NCBI GenBank assembly: GCA_044868105.1
Contig: JBIOWC010000122.1
Location: forward strand, 1-50,569
DNA from: Blastocatellia bacterium
GTDB taxonomy: Bacteria > Acidobacteriota > Blastocatellia > UBA7656
Length of the DNA: 50,569 nt
Direction of reading: 5' to 3'
In this document: piece after piece, positions 17,521-26,675 of the stretch
How the letters are laid out: each line of letters begins with the position of its first letter
How positions within the stretch are numbered: the first letter of the stretch is position 1
Made by a program: the position numbers and the translations under genes
The notes under the pieces: model-generated
Database searches by the model: none
What the model saw: only the letters and a program-made list of their open reading frames with translations
What the model was told of the DNA's origin: nothing

Positions 17521-18626
17521 TGCCGCTCTCCTTTTGAAAGTTCTTTAACGGGGAGAAACGGGATAACAATTTGTGCGATGGTCCATTGGTTTTCCCGCCG
17601 GCTCAGGCTGAAATGATAATCTTCACCATAGAGCTCCGCGAGGCGCTCGCGGGTGTTTTTTAATCCCAAACCGGCAGCGCCGTTTTGCCCGGAAATTTTC
17701 TTCAAGTCTTTGCCGTCATCGCGTACTTCCATCAGCACCTGACCGTTTTGCAAGTGAGCCGCAATCTGTATACGGCTCGTGCCCGAATGAGAATCCACCC
17801 CGTGGCGCATGGCGTTTTCGACGAGCGGCTGCAAGATTAAATTCGGCACCTGAGCTTCGAGGGCGTGCGGATCAATCTCCCACTCAACGGCAAGCCGGTC
17901 ATGGAAGCGGATGCGCTCGATCTCCAGATAACGCCGCGTAAATTCAATCTCGTCTTCGAGCGTCAAAACCTGGGTCTCTATCTTATCAAGGGTTAATCGC
18001 AACAGTTCGCTGAGACGGTTAATCATTTTGACCGCATCCCGGTTTTCATTCTTGAGAACCAGAGCCGTAATCGAGTGTAGCGTATTGAATAAAAAGTGCG
18101 GGTGCAGTTGCATCTTCAGCGCCTGAAGTCGGGCATTGGATAGCTGGGCGTCAAGCTTTGAAGCTTTTACCATTTCGTTTTGATACTGCCGGTTGTATAA
18201 GAAAACCAAATTCGAGGAGAGAATGAACCAGTAAATTACTATGTTTGGCATGAGGATGGATAGCCAATCAGGATGACCCGGTCGGTAAATTCGCTCGATA
18301 TTATAATTGGTCAACTCTTTGAAAATGGGTAGAAAAAATAGCGGTAATCCCTGAACCAACATCGCCCAAACGATGCCCACTGATAAGTAGAGGAGCAACC
18401 GTTTAACTAGACGCGTACGTTCAAAAGAAAAACGCCGCGTCATTATGAGAATTATTGGTGTGTGAATTGCCCAAAACGCCCAGAACGGAGCAAGTTCGGT
18501 GATATCTTCGGTCACAAATTCCGGCTCATTTATTCTAAGATAGAGAGAAATTGCGCTCACCAGATAGACGGTCAAAGCGCCCATTACCAGAATAAGAAAC
18601 CATTGAAAAGTAGAAATTCGTCGCAT
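17517..18626 (-). CDS. LytS/YehU-type sensor histidine kinase (His_kinase + HATPase_c)
   Basis: It has about 5 N-terminal TM segments. The H-box region is LQLHPHFLFNTLHSI, the N-box is LILQPLVENAMRHG, and the G-box is GLGLKNTRERL. The ATG at 18626 is preferred over the track TTG at 18677. Confidence 0.85.
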   Translation of the reverse strand: MRRISTFQWFLILVMGALTVYLVSAISLYLRINEPEFVTEDITELAPFWAFWAIHTPIILIMTRRFSFERTRLVKRLLLYLSVGIVWAMLVQGLPLFFLPIFKELTNYNIERIYRPGHPDWLSILMPNIVIYWFILSSNLVFLYNRQYQNEMVKASKLDAQLSNARLQALKMQLHPHFLFNTLHSITALVLKNENRDAVKMINRLSELLRLTLDKIETQVLTLEDEIEFTRRYLEIERIRFHDRLAVEWEIDPHALEAQVPNLILQPLVENAMRHGVDSHSGTSRIQIAAHLQNGQVLMEVRDDGKDLKKISGQNGAAGLGLKNTRERLAELYGEDYHFSLSRRENQWTIAQIVIPFLPVKELSKGERQ

Positions 18627-18637
18627 TTTTAATCCAG

Positions 18638-18695
18638 TATAGGTCACTGACCGGAATTTTAATATTTGAAGTTTCAACCCATTTTCGAGTGGTGT
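18638..18695 (-). repeat. Copy A, distal segment of the duplicated upstream module
   Basis: tataggtcactgaccggaattttaatatttgaagtttcaacccattttcgag matches tataagccactgaccggaatttttagatttgcagtttcaaaccatttcgag at 25517-25570. Confidence 0.6.
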
Positions 18696-18735
18696 TTTCT
18701 TTTGTTGGGTTTATGTTTCATCAGAATATAATTTT

Positions 18736-18912
18736 TTAGCTACTTGGCAACTGGGTTAAATGTTCAGCGCGAGCTAGAGCAATCTGCGAAGATTTTTGCG
18801 GCTTTCGCCAACGCGTCTGCTGTTTGATCATTGGGCATTCAAGATGGTCAGCAATTTTCACATACAGGCTACCAGCGCCACATTCTTCTTCTTCCCGGCT
18901 TTGACGAGTCAT
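18736..18912 (-). CDS. Hypothetical 58-aa protein (below the ORF-track cutoff)
   Basis: The ATG at 18912 lies 8 nt after AAGGAG and 17 nt after the stop of the permease-M1 gene. Translation: MTRQSREEEECGAGSLYVKIADHLECPMIKQQTRWRKPQKSSQIALARAEHLTQLPSS. I recognise no homology. Confidence 0.25.
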   Translation of the reverse strand: MTRQSREEEECGAGSLYVKIADHLECPMIKQQTRWRKPQKSSQIALARAEHLTQLPSS

Positions 18913-18928
18913 TGATAAAACTCCTTAA

Positions 18929-21900
18929 TCACGGCCGATTCATCTCCTTGAGGTTGTCATCGGGAGTTACATCGATTAAGAGATTGCGCGGGTCTATCCC
19001 CGCCCGTGCCGGTTCCTTTGGCACCATCAACGTGATGCGCTGCTCGCCGGAGCGGACGCGATGCCTGTGCAGGTACAGCGGCTCGCCGGGTTTACCGCCC
19101 TCACCGGCCGCATAGACCCCGACTTCGACAAGGTCGTCCACGGGGATCTCCGTCTCGACGCCCGCTTCGTCGACCACCACCTTGCGCGCCCGCACGTCGA
19201 GCGTCACACGCCACTCGCCCGTCCCGACGCGCTCCGCTTCGACGCGCTCCGCCGCGAGCTCCCAGTAGGTGTTCGCTTCGAACAGGTCCACGAGCAGATA
19301 CTGAAGTTCGTCGGGCGTAACCGCTTGGAGTTCCCTGTAGAGGTCGAGCGTGGTTGGCAGCGGGGGTGTCCTCGTGCCGTGCCTCTCGAACAGGCGTCGC
19401 AATGCGGCAGTCATCCGCTCGGCCCCGACGTATTCGCGCACCGCGTACATCGCAAGCGGCCCCTTGCGGTAGTAAAGGAATCTGTCGTCTGCCCGCAGCA
19501 GCGGGACGCCGGCGCGCGCGCGCGGGCTCAGGTACGACGCCCGCATCGCGCCGAGGAGCCGGTCGAGGTGCTCGCGGCCCTGGGCCGATTCCACGACCTC
19601 CAGCGCTGAATACCAAGCCAGGCCCTCGACGAGCAGCGCCGCGCCTTCGACTGGCGCCGGCACGAGTTGGTGGCCCCACCACTGGTGCGCCACTTCGTGC
19701 GCGACCACCGCGAACGGCAGGTCGATGCCGCGCGGGTCGCCCTCCGGGTTGATGAAGGAGAACCCCTCCTGGTACCGGATGTTGATCGGGTGGGCGTACA
19801 GCGTGCGCCGGCCGCCGGGGTACTCCACGAACCGAATCTGGCGGTGCAGGTAGGGGCCGAGCCGCTTGGTCAGGTGTTCGAGCGACGCCTGGACGCCGCG
19901 GACCATGCGGTCCACGTTCTGTGCATGCCCGGGGTGATGGAAGATCTGAATCTCGACGTCGTTCCACCGCGCCTCGCGCACGGCGTAGGCGGCAGAGAAG
20001 AAGGCGAAATTATTCAAGATCGGCGTGTCGGTGGCGTAGTGGAAATAGCGGCGCCCGCCCTGCGCCCACGCCCGACGCAGCCCGCCGGGCGCCACGGCGA
20101 TCTGCCCCTCGTCCGTGCCCACGACGGCCTCGAACATGATCGGCTCCAGCCAAGCGACGTCATTGAGCGCCGCGGGGTCGTCCTGGGGCAGGACATCCGG
20201 GCGCGGGGGAAGCCCGTGCGCCCGCCGCTGCCCGGCGCCCCGGACCTCGCGGCCCCTCTGATAGCCGACGGCCGGGAGCCACTCGGCCCCGAAGAACGTG
20301 CCGTTGGGGACCACGGACGTGTCAATGTCCTGGTTCGGGAACCCCCGCGGGTCGAAGCGCACCTCGAACTCGAGCCTCAGCGAGTCGCCGGGCCGTAGGG
20401 GCGTCTCCAGAGAGTAGATTCGGTAGCCGAACTCCTCGTCCAACCGCTCGGGCCTCGCCGGCCGGTCAAATTCCAACCTTCGGGTTTCAACCCCCATGTT
20501 GGTCGCCACGTGGACCGAGTCGATCGTCGCTTTGGTCCGGTTCACGAGGTCATAGGTCCCGCGGATCTCCACCGCACGCCGCCCGGGATAGATCTCGACG
20601 TGGAGGCTCGTGGCGGTCGGCCGCGGCTGCGGGACGCCCGCGTACCGCCCGTAGCGCCGCTCGTACTCGGCGCTCCACTCTTCCCCGCTCGGGGCGGCGT
20701 GGCTCGCGTAGAGCACGCTCGTGTTGTAGTAGATCAAGCCTCCGAAGGTCAGGACGAGGGCGGCGGCCACGGCGGCGGTCGCGGCCGTCCGGCGCGTGAG
20801 GCGGCGGCCCGCCACGCGAAGCCGCGGCCCGAGGCCCCGTTCCGTGCCTCGCGGCCAGAGCAGCTTCGCCGCGACGGCGAGCAGCAGCGCCCACGCGGCC
20901 CAATAGAGCTTGAACAGGAGCCACGGCCCGATGAACGGCTCGAGGCCGCGCATATCCGAATACGTCCACCCCGGATCCGACCCGTAGACGAGCAGGCCGG
21001 GTTCGACCCCGAGCTGCGGGCCGAAGGCCACAAGCACATAGGCGATTACCGCGATCAGATGGCCGACGTACTTCTGGTCGACCAAGACCTGCACGACGAG
21101 GGCGAGCAGGGCGAACAGGAGATAGTCTGTGAACCGAATCCCGAAGAGGATCCGCGCGTACAGACCGACCTCGAACTCGTAATACCCCAGGCGCGCCTGA
21201 GCGAGCATCGCGGCGGCCGTCACGAGCGCCTGCGCCGCGACGAGCGCGAGGCCCAGCCCCGCGAACTTGCCCGCGAAAGAGACCCACACCGGCACGGGCG
21301 CCGCGCCGGCAATCTCGCCCAGGCCCACCTCGCGCTCGCGCCAGACTAGCTCGCCGGTGTAGTAGACGATCAGCAGCGGGACGATCAGCCACATGCCGTG
21401 CTCGGCGGACTGTTCCAGGATGTTTACGAACTCCCCGGTGGTGGGGATCTGAGGGAAGCCCTCGTCCTGGAACACCAAAGGGGCGATCAGGATCACGAAC
21501 CCGGCCAGGGCGATGAGGGCGGGCCCGCCCCAGCCCGTCATGATTACCTGGAACGACTCCCGCGCGACGGCAAGCGTCTGGCGCACACGGGTCGCCATTC
21601 CGAATGTTCGCCGGATGCGCGGGACGGCGGCCGGGGCGCTCTGCGCGGTCGAGGCATCGCGGGTGCCTGGTATCGGCTCCCCCTTCGTGGCATCGCCTGC
21701 CGTAGAGAGGCGCCCGCCGGGTCGCCTGCGAACGCCACGCCGGACGTCGCCCCCGACGTGCGCGAATCGAAAGCGGAGGTAAGTGAGCGCGAGCACGCCC
21801 AGGGCGACGCCGAGCCATGCGAGGCGGTTCGCGAGCACCGACGCCTGCGGCCCGACGACGAGCGCATTCTTTTCGCCCGGCGTCCAGACCTTCGACAGCT

Positions 21901-22555
21901 CGCCGATCAGGGTCATCCCCAGGGGGTCCGTCAGCTTCGCGAGGCCCCAGTGTCCCAGCACCTCGGCCACGAGCTGCCAGCTGACGACCGCCGCGAAGAA
22001 GACGAACGCACCCCCGAGGTAGCTCACGACAGCCCGTCGGCCGAGCACCGCCGCCGAAAACATGAGCGCCATGGCGGTGAAGGCATTCGGCAACGCGAGC
22101 AGGCAGTAGGCGCTCGCGTAGGCGGCCAGCCGAATGGGTCCGATGAGATCCGCGTGTTCACCCGGCAGGAGCGCGGCGGCCAGGAGGCCGGCCGGGATGG
22201 TGGCCATGAGCAGCGCGCCGAGGGTGAAGGCGGCGAGGAACCGCCCGCCGAGGTAGACGGCCTTGCCGACGGGCGCGGTGTAGAGGAGCGGGTGCATCCG
22301 CGTCTCCACGTCCCGCGCCGCCGCGCCGCCCGCGAACACCGACAGCGGCAGCAGCGACAGTAGGCACGCCACGAGGGTGACTTGCGCCACGGCGAACGGC
22401 GCGTTGAGGAAGTAGCTGCCCTCCCGTGCCTCGGCGACGAAGACGTCGCGCGCCATGAGAAACGAGACCCCCAGGAGGAGCACGAAGTAGAGCCAGGTTG
22501 AGACGCGGCGCAACTGATAACCGACCTCGAAGCGGAAGATCTCCCAGAATTTCAT
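18929..22555 (-). CDS. ABC-2-type permease (multi-TM) fused to an M1-family aminopeptidase domain
   Basis: The N-terminal ~600 aa are highly hydrophobic with many TM segments. The C-terminal half carries the gluzincin motif VAHEVAHQWWGH...LLVEGLAWYS. An ATGA overlap links it to the upstream ATPase. The DNA is markedly G+C-rich. Confidence 0.85.
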   Translation of the reverse strand: MKFWEIFRFEVGYQLRRVSTWLYFVLLLGVSFLMARDVFVAEAREGSYFLNAPFAVAQVTLVACLLSLLPLSVFAGGAAARDVETRMHPLLYTAPVGKAVYLGGRFLAAFTLGALLMATIPAGLLAAALLPGEHADLIGPIRLAAYASAYCLLALPNAFTAMALMFSAAVLGRRAVVSYLGGAFVFFAAVVSWQLVAEVLGHWGLAKLTDPLGMTLIGELSKVWTPGEKNALVVGPQASVLANRLAWLGVALGVLALTYLRFRFAHVGGDVRRGVRRRPGGRLSTAGDATKGEPIPGTRDASTAQSAPAAVPRIRRTFGMATRVRQTLAVARESFQVIMTGWGGPALIALAGFVILIAPLVFQDEGFPQIPTTGEFVNILEQSAEHGMWLIVPLLIVYYTGELVWREREVGLGEIAGAAPVPVWVSFAGKFAGLGLALVAAQALVTAAAMLAQARLGYYEFEVGLYARILFGIRFTDYLLFALLALVVQVLVDQKYVGHLIAVIAYVLVAFGPQLGVEPGLLVYGSDPGWTYSDMRGLEPFIGPWLLFKLYWAAWALLLAVAAKLLWPRGTERGLGPRLRVAGRRLTRRTAATAAVAAALVLTFGGLIYYNTSVLYASHAAPSGEEWSAEYERRYGRYAGVPQPRPTATSLHVEIYPGRRAVEIRGTYDLVNRTKATIDSVHVATNMGVETRRLEFDRPARPERLDEEFGYRIYSLETPLRPGDSLRLEFEVRFDPRGFPNQDIDTSVVPNGTFFGAEWLPAVGYQRGREVRGAGQRRAHGLPPRPDVLPQDDPAALNDVAWLEPIMFEAVVGTDEGQIAVAPGGLRRAWAQGGRRYFHYATDTPILNNFAFFSAAYAVREARWNDVEIQIFHHPGHAQNVDRMVRGVQASLEHLTKRLGPYLHRQIRFVEYPGGRRTLYAHPINIRYQEGFSFINPEGDPRGIDLPFAVVAHEVAHQWWGHQLVPAPVEGAALLVEGLAWYSALEVVESAQGREHLDRLLGAMRASYLSPRARAGVPLLRADDRFLYYRKGPLAMYAVREYVGAERMTAALRRLFERHGTRTPPLPTTLDLYRELQAVTPDELQYLLVDLFEANTYWELAAERVEAERVGTGEWRVTLDVRARKVVVDEAGVETEIPVDDLVEVGVYAAGEGGKPGEPLYLHRHRVRSGEQRITLMVPKEPARAGIDPRNLLIDVTPDDNLKEMNRP

Positions 22556-23451
22556 CGCGCCACCCCCAGGATGGGTTCTTCTGCTTGGCCCGCCATCGTG
22601 GTGAAATAGACATCTTCCAGATCAGCCTCCACGGGCTCGAACTCCGCGCCGGGCGGCGTGTCGCCGAAGACGCGCACGACCGTGCGCCCCGCAAAAAGCT
22701 TCGTCGAGATGACCCTGTGCTCCCGCTCCACCTCGGCGAGTTCGCCCTTGTCGATCACCCGCCGCCAGATCCGCCCCTGTAGAGCGGCAATAGCGCTCAG
22801 CGGCTCTGCTTCAAGGAGTATCTGGCCCTTGTCAATGATCGCCATACGGCTGCACAGCTCCGACACGTCCTCGACGATGTGCGTGGAGAGAATCACTACA
22901 GCGGTCTCTCCAAGGGCGCTGAGCAAGTTCAGGAAGCGGACGCGCTCGGCGGGGTCGAGACCGGCGGTGGGCTCATCGACAATGATCAGCTTGGGGTCGC
23001 CCAGCAGCGCAACCGCGATGCCGAACCGCTGGCGCATGCCCCCGGAGTAACCGCCGAGTTTCTTCTTGCGCACCTCATACAGGTTAGTCTGGTGCAGGAG
23101 CCTATCCACGATCTCGCTCCGCGCCCGCCGGTCGGTGATGCCCTTGAGTACCGCGAAGTGCTCCAGCAGCCGCTCCGCGCTCACCTTCGGGTAGACCCCG
23201 AACTCCTGCGGGAGGTAGCCGAGCGTCTCGCGCACCCTCTCCTTCTGCCGCAGCACGTCGAGGTCGCCGAGGCGGATCGATCCCGTGTCGGGCTCCTGGA
23301 GCGTGGCGATTGTGCGCATCAAGGTGGACTTGCCGGCGCCGTTCGGCCCGAGCAGTCCGTACATCCCATTGGGAATCGTCAGCGTCACGTCCTTCAGCGC
23401 CTGCACGCCGTTGGCATAGGTCTTGGATACGTCGCGAATCTGTAATTCCAT
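22552..23451 (-). CDS. ABC transporter ATP-binding protein (ABC-2/DrrA-like subfamily)
   Basis: Walker A GPNGAGKST, signature YSGGMRQR, Walker B LIIVDEPTAGLD and H-loop LSTH. The ATG at 23451 (MELQIRDVSK) is preferred over the TTG at 23460. No obvious Shine-Dalgarno sequence. Confidence 0.9.
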   Translation of the reverse strand: MELQIRDVSKTYANGVQALKDVTLTIPNGMYGLLGPNGAGKSTLMRTIATLQEPDTGSIRLGDLDVLRQKERVRETLGYLPQEFGVYPKVSAERLLEHFAVLKGITDRRARSEIVDRLLHQTNLYEVRKKKLGGYSGGMRQRFGIAVALLGDPKLIIVDEPTAGLDPAERVRFLNLLSALGETAVVILSTHIVEDVSELCSRMAIIDKGQILLEAEPLSAIAALQGRIWRRVIDKGELAEVEREHRVISTKLFAGRTVVRVFGDTPPGAEFEPVEADLEDVYFTTMAGQAEEPILGVAR

Positions 23452-23602
23452 AAAAATCAATTAATGTTTGAAAGGCACTTTGCAATATAAGGCGAATGAA
23501 TGCTCCATCTTGATTATTTGTTCGGGTGCTTTTATCAATGGGCAAACCTCATTAAATAGCCAGAGTTGATCGCGTCACAAACAGAGACGATTACGTTGTT
23601 CA

Positions 23603-25363
23603 CTAATTCAACCGCCGCTTAAACGTGACTCCTTTAACCTCTCGTTCATCAACGTCTGAATTGAACACGAATCCCGAGATCTTTCCTTTATCATCGCGAC
23701 TAAAAGAAAATTTAATTTGGCCACCCGCAATGGTAAAAAAATCGACGTACCAGGCGGTGAGCTGGGTTTCGAGATTTTCGCCGATCTGCACGGAGAGATT
23801 ATTGCCCTGGAGCGAAATTTTGTAATCCGCGTTAAGCTCTTCGCTGTAGTAAGTCCCGGCGTATTCGAACAGTTTTTCCGGCGAAGCGACCGGCGGTTTA
23901 ACGGGTACGAAAATGTCTGGCTTGCCGCTTTTTGTTAGTATCTTTATTTCAGAAATTGCGCCGGACTTGTTAAAGACGGGATCTAGTTCCGTTACGTCTG
24001 TGCCCGCAACCAGCAGTAGGCGGTTTTCGGAAATTGCTGTCACCGGTATCTCGTTTCTCAGGAGCCCGCTGTTAATTAATTTTCCGTCCTTAAGACTCAG
24101 CTTGAAGACCCTTCCGCTCTCCACGTGCGCGTAAGTGCCTGCGTAACGAAGCGCGTCCTTTTCAGACAAGGGAAGCGCCGGCGGCAAACTTTCCGTAACT
24201 GGTTTTGGGCTCGGCGCATCAGGTTTCAATTGTCCTTCCAGATAGATACCCGCGAGCTTCTCCACAATTACACTTGGAAAGATCGCCATGTTGTTGCACA
24301 AAGCGATTACCGTAAATTTTTGTTCGGGAAATGCGACGATCTGCGCCCGATAGCCTGCCATATTGCCGCTGTGCTTAATTACCGGCAGCCCCTTATATTC
24401 GTTCCGCCACAATCCGAATGCATAATCCAGTTTCTCGCCGCTGTTTAAAGTTCCCGGCGTCGTCAGCAGCGCGATCAACTCTTGGTTGCCGACCTTTGGC
24501 TTGTGAAAATTTTGATCCCACAAATACAGGTCTTCGACAGTCGTTAAAACGCCGCCGCCGCCGACGAGGTCGAACAGTGAAGAGCGGGCGCGGATACTTT
24601 TATCCGGACCGACCCGATAACCGCTCGCCCGGTTTTTGACAACCTCGAAGCGGTTATCGAAAAACAGAGTATTTTTCATGCCCAGAGGCTTGAAAATGTT
24701 TTCCTCGGCAAAGGCCCGCAAAGATTTCCCGCTCACCCGCCCGACGATGATGCCCAACAAATGATAATTGGAATTACTATATTGGTGTTTTGCGCCCGGT
24801 TTGAAACTGAGATTCTTTTGACGCGCCAGCATGTTTAATACGGCTTTATCATTCAGGGCGTTATCGACGTTGACCCCGCCGAAAAAGATTAGCGCCTGAT
24901 ATTCACGGATTCCGCTGGTATGATGAAGCAAATGCCGGATCGTGATCGTCTCGTCGTATTTCGGCATTTCGGGGACATACTTGCGAATGTCGTCGTCGAG
25001 TGACAATTTTCCCTGCTGCGCTAAAAGCGCGATGCAGAACGCCGTAAACGGTTTTGACGCTGAAGCAAGATTAAACAGGGTCGAAGGCGTGTTTGGAACG
25101 TCGTAATCGAGATTGGCCATTCCGAAGCCGCGTTTGTAAACCAGCCGGCCGTCTTTAACCACACCGATCGCACATCCTGGCATATCGTTTTTATCCCATT
25201 GAGAAAAAAATGCCTCCACTTTCTTTGCCAATTCGTCATCAGAAGGTTGAGGTTTAGCAGTCATATTCTGCTGTCCCAAAATGTCGGTGGCGGTGAAACC
25301 GACCATAAACAAAATCACGACGATAATTTTTCGCATAAATAAATCCTGATATCCTTTACGCAT
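23603..25363 (-). CDS. Secreted serine hydrolase (class C beta-lactamase/PBP-like fold) with ~200-aa C-terminal extension
   Basis: SxxK motif ASASKPF, YSN motif QYSNSNY, and a signal peptide IIVVILFMVGFTA. An alternative start is at 25336. Confidence 0.85.
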   Translation of the reverse strand: MRKGYQDLFMRKIIVVILFMVGFTATDILGQQNMTAKPQPSDDELAKKVEAFFSQWDKNDMPGCAIGVVKDGRLVYKRGFGMANLDYDVPNTPSTLFNLASASKPFTAFCIALLAQQGKLSLDDDIRKYVPEMPKYDETITIRHLLHHTSGIREYQALIFFGGVNVDNALNDKAVLNMLARQKNLSFKPGAKHQYSNSNYHLLGIIVGRVSGKSLRAFAEENIFKPLGMKNTLFFDNRFEVVKNRASGYRVGPDKSIRARSSLFDLVGGGGVLTTVEDLYLWDQNFHKPKVGNQELIALLTTPGTLNSGEKLDYAFGLWRNEYKGLPVIKHSGNMAGYRAQIVAFPEQKFTVIALCNNMAIFPSVIVEKLAGIYLEGQLKPDAPSPKPVTESLPPALPLSEKDALRYAGTYAHVESGRVFKLSLKDGKLINSGLLRNEIPVTAISENRLLLVAGTDVTELDPVFNKSGAISEIKILTKSGKPDIFVPVKPPVASPEKLFEYAGTYYSEELNADYKISLQGNNLSVQIGENLETQLTAWYVDFFTIAGGQIKFSFSRDDKGKISGFVFNSDVDEREVKGVTFKRRLN

Positions 25364-25575
25364 ATTTTTCTTTTCCTTACATAATCATCATTAGCTAGAA
25401 AGATGAGCTAAAAGTTAATGATCTATGACATTGAAAGGGCTGTGAACAGGTTTGCGACGAATGGGGGTAGAAAAGCGGCGGATTAACGGCAAAATGAGAC
25501 AAATTGGATTTATACCTTATAAGCCACTGACCGGAATTTTTAGATTTGCAGTTTCAAACCATTTCGAGCAGTTTT
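25364..25575 (-). repeat. Copy B of the duplicated upstream module (both segments contiguous)
   Basis: 25364-25513 matches 16554-16680, and 25517-25575 matches 18638-18695. Only about 3 nt separate the two segments here, where copy A contains the 2-kb kinase/regulator pair. Confidence 0.7.
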
Positions 25576-25844
25576 CGGTGGCGTTGCACAGGTAATTTTG
25601 CGGCGCAAAAGAGCGTTTGGCCCCGGCGTGAGAGGGCACAGCGCGACGACGGCGATTTTCAGCGTCGTCAATGCGGTTTTGTTGATTCTCACTACCTTTA
25701 CTGCGGCCTCCTAGGCTCCTGCAGCTTTTGCATGAGGTAGGTGGGATGGATTCTCAATACTTTCCTTTGCCCCGGGTGACAGCTAGGTTGGGTTTACCTT
25801 AACGGCTTGCATAGATTCATAATTCAGCCGCTCATTAAAGCGTT

Positions 25845-26534
25845 CTAATCATCTGCATAAGCGGTCAAGGCCTCTTCATCAGGGATCGTAATCGAGCGGC
25901 CGTCTACTTTGATGAGCCCGTTTTGTTGCAGGCGATTCAGGGCCCGCGAAATGACTTCGCGCACGGAACCGACTCGTGAAGCGATCTGTTGATGCGTGAG
26001 ACGCAAGGTAAGTTCAAGTTGTTCGTTCCTGCGGGTGCCGCGACTTTTGGCTTCGCTCAATAACCAGCGTGCCAGTCGCTGGTCTACCTCTCTCAGCGAC
26101 AGCGTTTCCACCAATTCCGCACATTTCCGCAATCGCCCCGCCATCAACTTTAACGCGGAAAGAGCAAGTTGCGGGTGCGCCAAACAGAGTTTGCGTACAT
26201 CGCCTTTATCAATAAACAAGACCACAGTCGGTTCTTCTGCAATTACCGTGGAGGGGTAAGACTTGTCGTCAAAAACCGGAAGCTCAGCGATCGTCGCGCC
26301 GGCGCGTTCGACGTGAATGACTTGTTCGCGCCCATCAAGGCCATCGCGAATGGCGCGCAACGAGCCGGAGACGATAACAAAAAGCCCGCGCGCTTCTTCC
26401 CCCTCAATGAACAGAACTTCATCGCGTGCCAGATGTCTTGCAATGGCGCGTTCAGCCAGCGCGCGAAGACCTGGCTCTGTCAGTTCACCAAAAAGAGCCG
26501 TGCGGCCAAGTGCTGCAATTTTGTCAGCCATCAT
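25845..26534 (-). CDS. Crp/Fnr-family transcription regulator (cNMP-binding-like domain + HTH), DNR/NnrR-like
   Basis: Effector-domain motifs LFIEGEEARGLFVIVSGSL and HTH QQIASRVGSVREVISRALNRL are present. It lacks the N-terminal Cys cluster of true FNR. It sits next to NO-stress and nitrate-respiration genes. Confidence 0.85.
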   Translation of the reverse strand: MMADKIAALGRTALFGELTEPGLRALAERAIARHLARDEVLFIEGEEARGLFVIVSGSLRAIRDGLDGREQVIHVERAGATIAELPVFDDKSYPSTVIAEEPTVVLFIDKGDVRKLCLAHPQLALSALKLMAGRLRKCAELVETLSLREVDQRLARWLLSEAKSRGTRRNEQLELTLRLTHQQIASRVGSVREVISRALNRLQQNGLIKVDGRSITIPDEEALTAYADD

Positions 26535-26623
26535 CAAGATATATGATTACGCTGACCTGGTCTTTCTTCAAGTGCGCTTAACGACCTGTTCACCCAGTAG
26601 AAAACAAACCCGGTTAAAAATAT

Positions 26624-26642
26624 TTCGATTTTCAAAAGCGAA
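26624..26642. promoter_or_regulatory. Imperfect 19-bp palindrome in the crp/ric divergent region
   Basis: TTCGaTTTTcAAAAgCGAA, with 8 of 9 arm positions complementary. It may be an operator, but no regulator can be assigned. Confidence 0.25.
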
Positions 26643-26659
26643 AACTTACCAATCTTGCC

Positions 26660-26675
26660 TGTGATTTAAGTCACT
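26660..26675. promoter_or_regulatory. CRP/FNR-family type box TGTGA-N6-TCACT
   Basis: tgtgatttaagtcact is centred about 70 bp upstream of the ric ATG and about 130 bp upstream of the divergent Crp/Fnr gene. The adjacent regulator has an R-E-x-x-S-R recognition helix. Confidence 0.45.

Noticed and set aside
19061-22782. More than twenty overlapping track ORFs of 60-420 aa on both strands (for example 19101-19967, 20510-21349, 20550-21818, 21398-22363, 22158-22694).
   Set aside because: All lie inside the two real high-GC genes. Their translations are Arg/Pro/Gly/Ala-rich low-complexity strings, typical of stop-codon-poor alternative frames in GC-rich DNA. None shows motifs.
25524-25560. Sigma-54-like TGG...TGC spacing (minus strand tggtttgaaactgca) in the duplicated module.
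   Set aside because: The GG-GC spacing is one nt short of the -24/-12 consensus, and the paralogous copy reads ...acttca, with no GC. No enhancer-binding protein gene is nearby.
25645-25669. Hairpin gacgacg-N11-cgtcgtc in the 480-bp gap downstream of the Crp/Fnr-family gene stop (25845).
   Set aside because: The downstream T-tract is weak, and no plus-strand gene upstream needs termination. The evidence is insufficient to call it a terminator.
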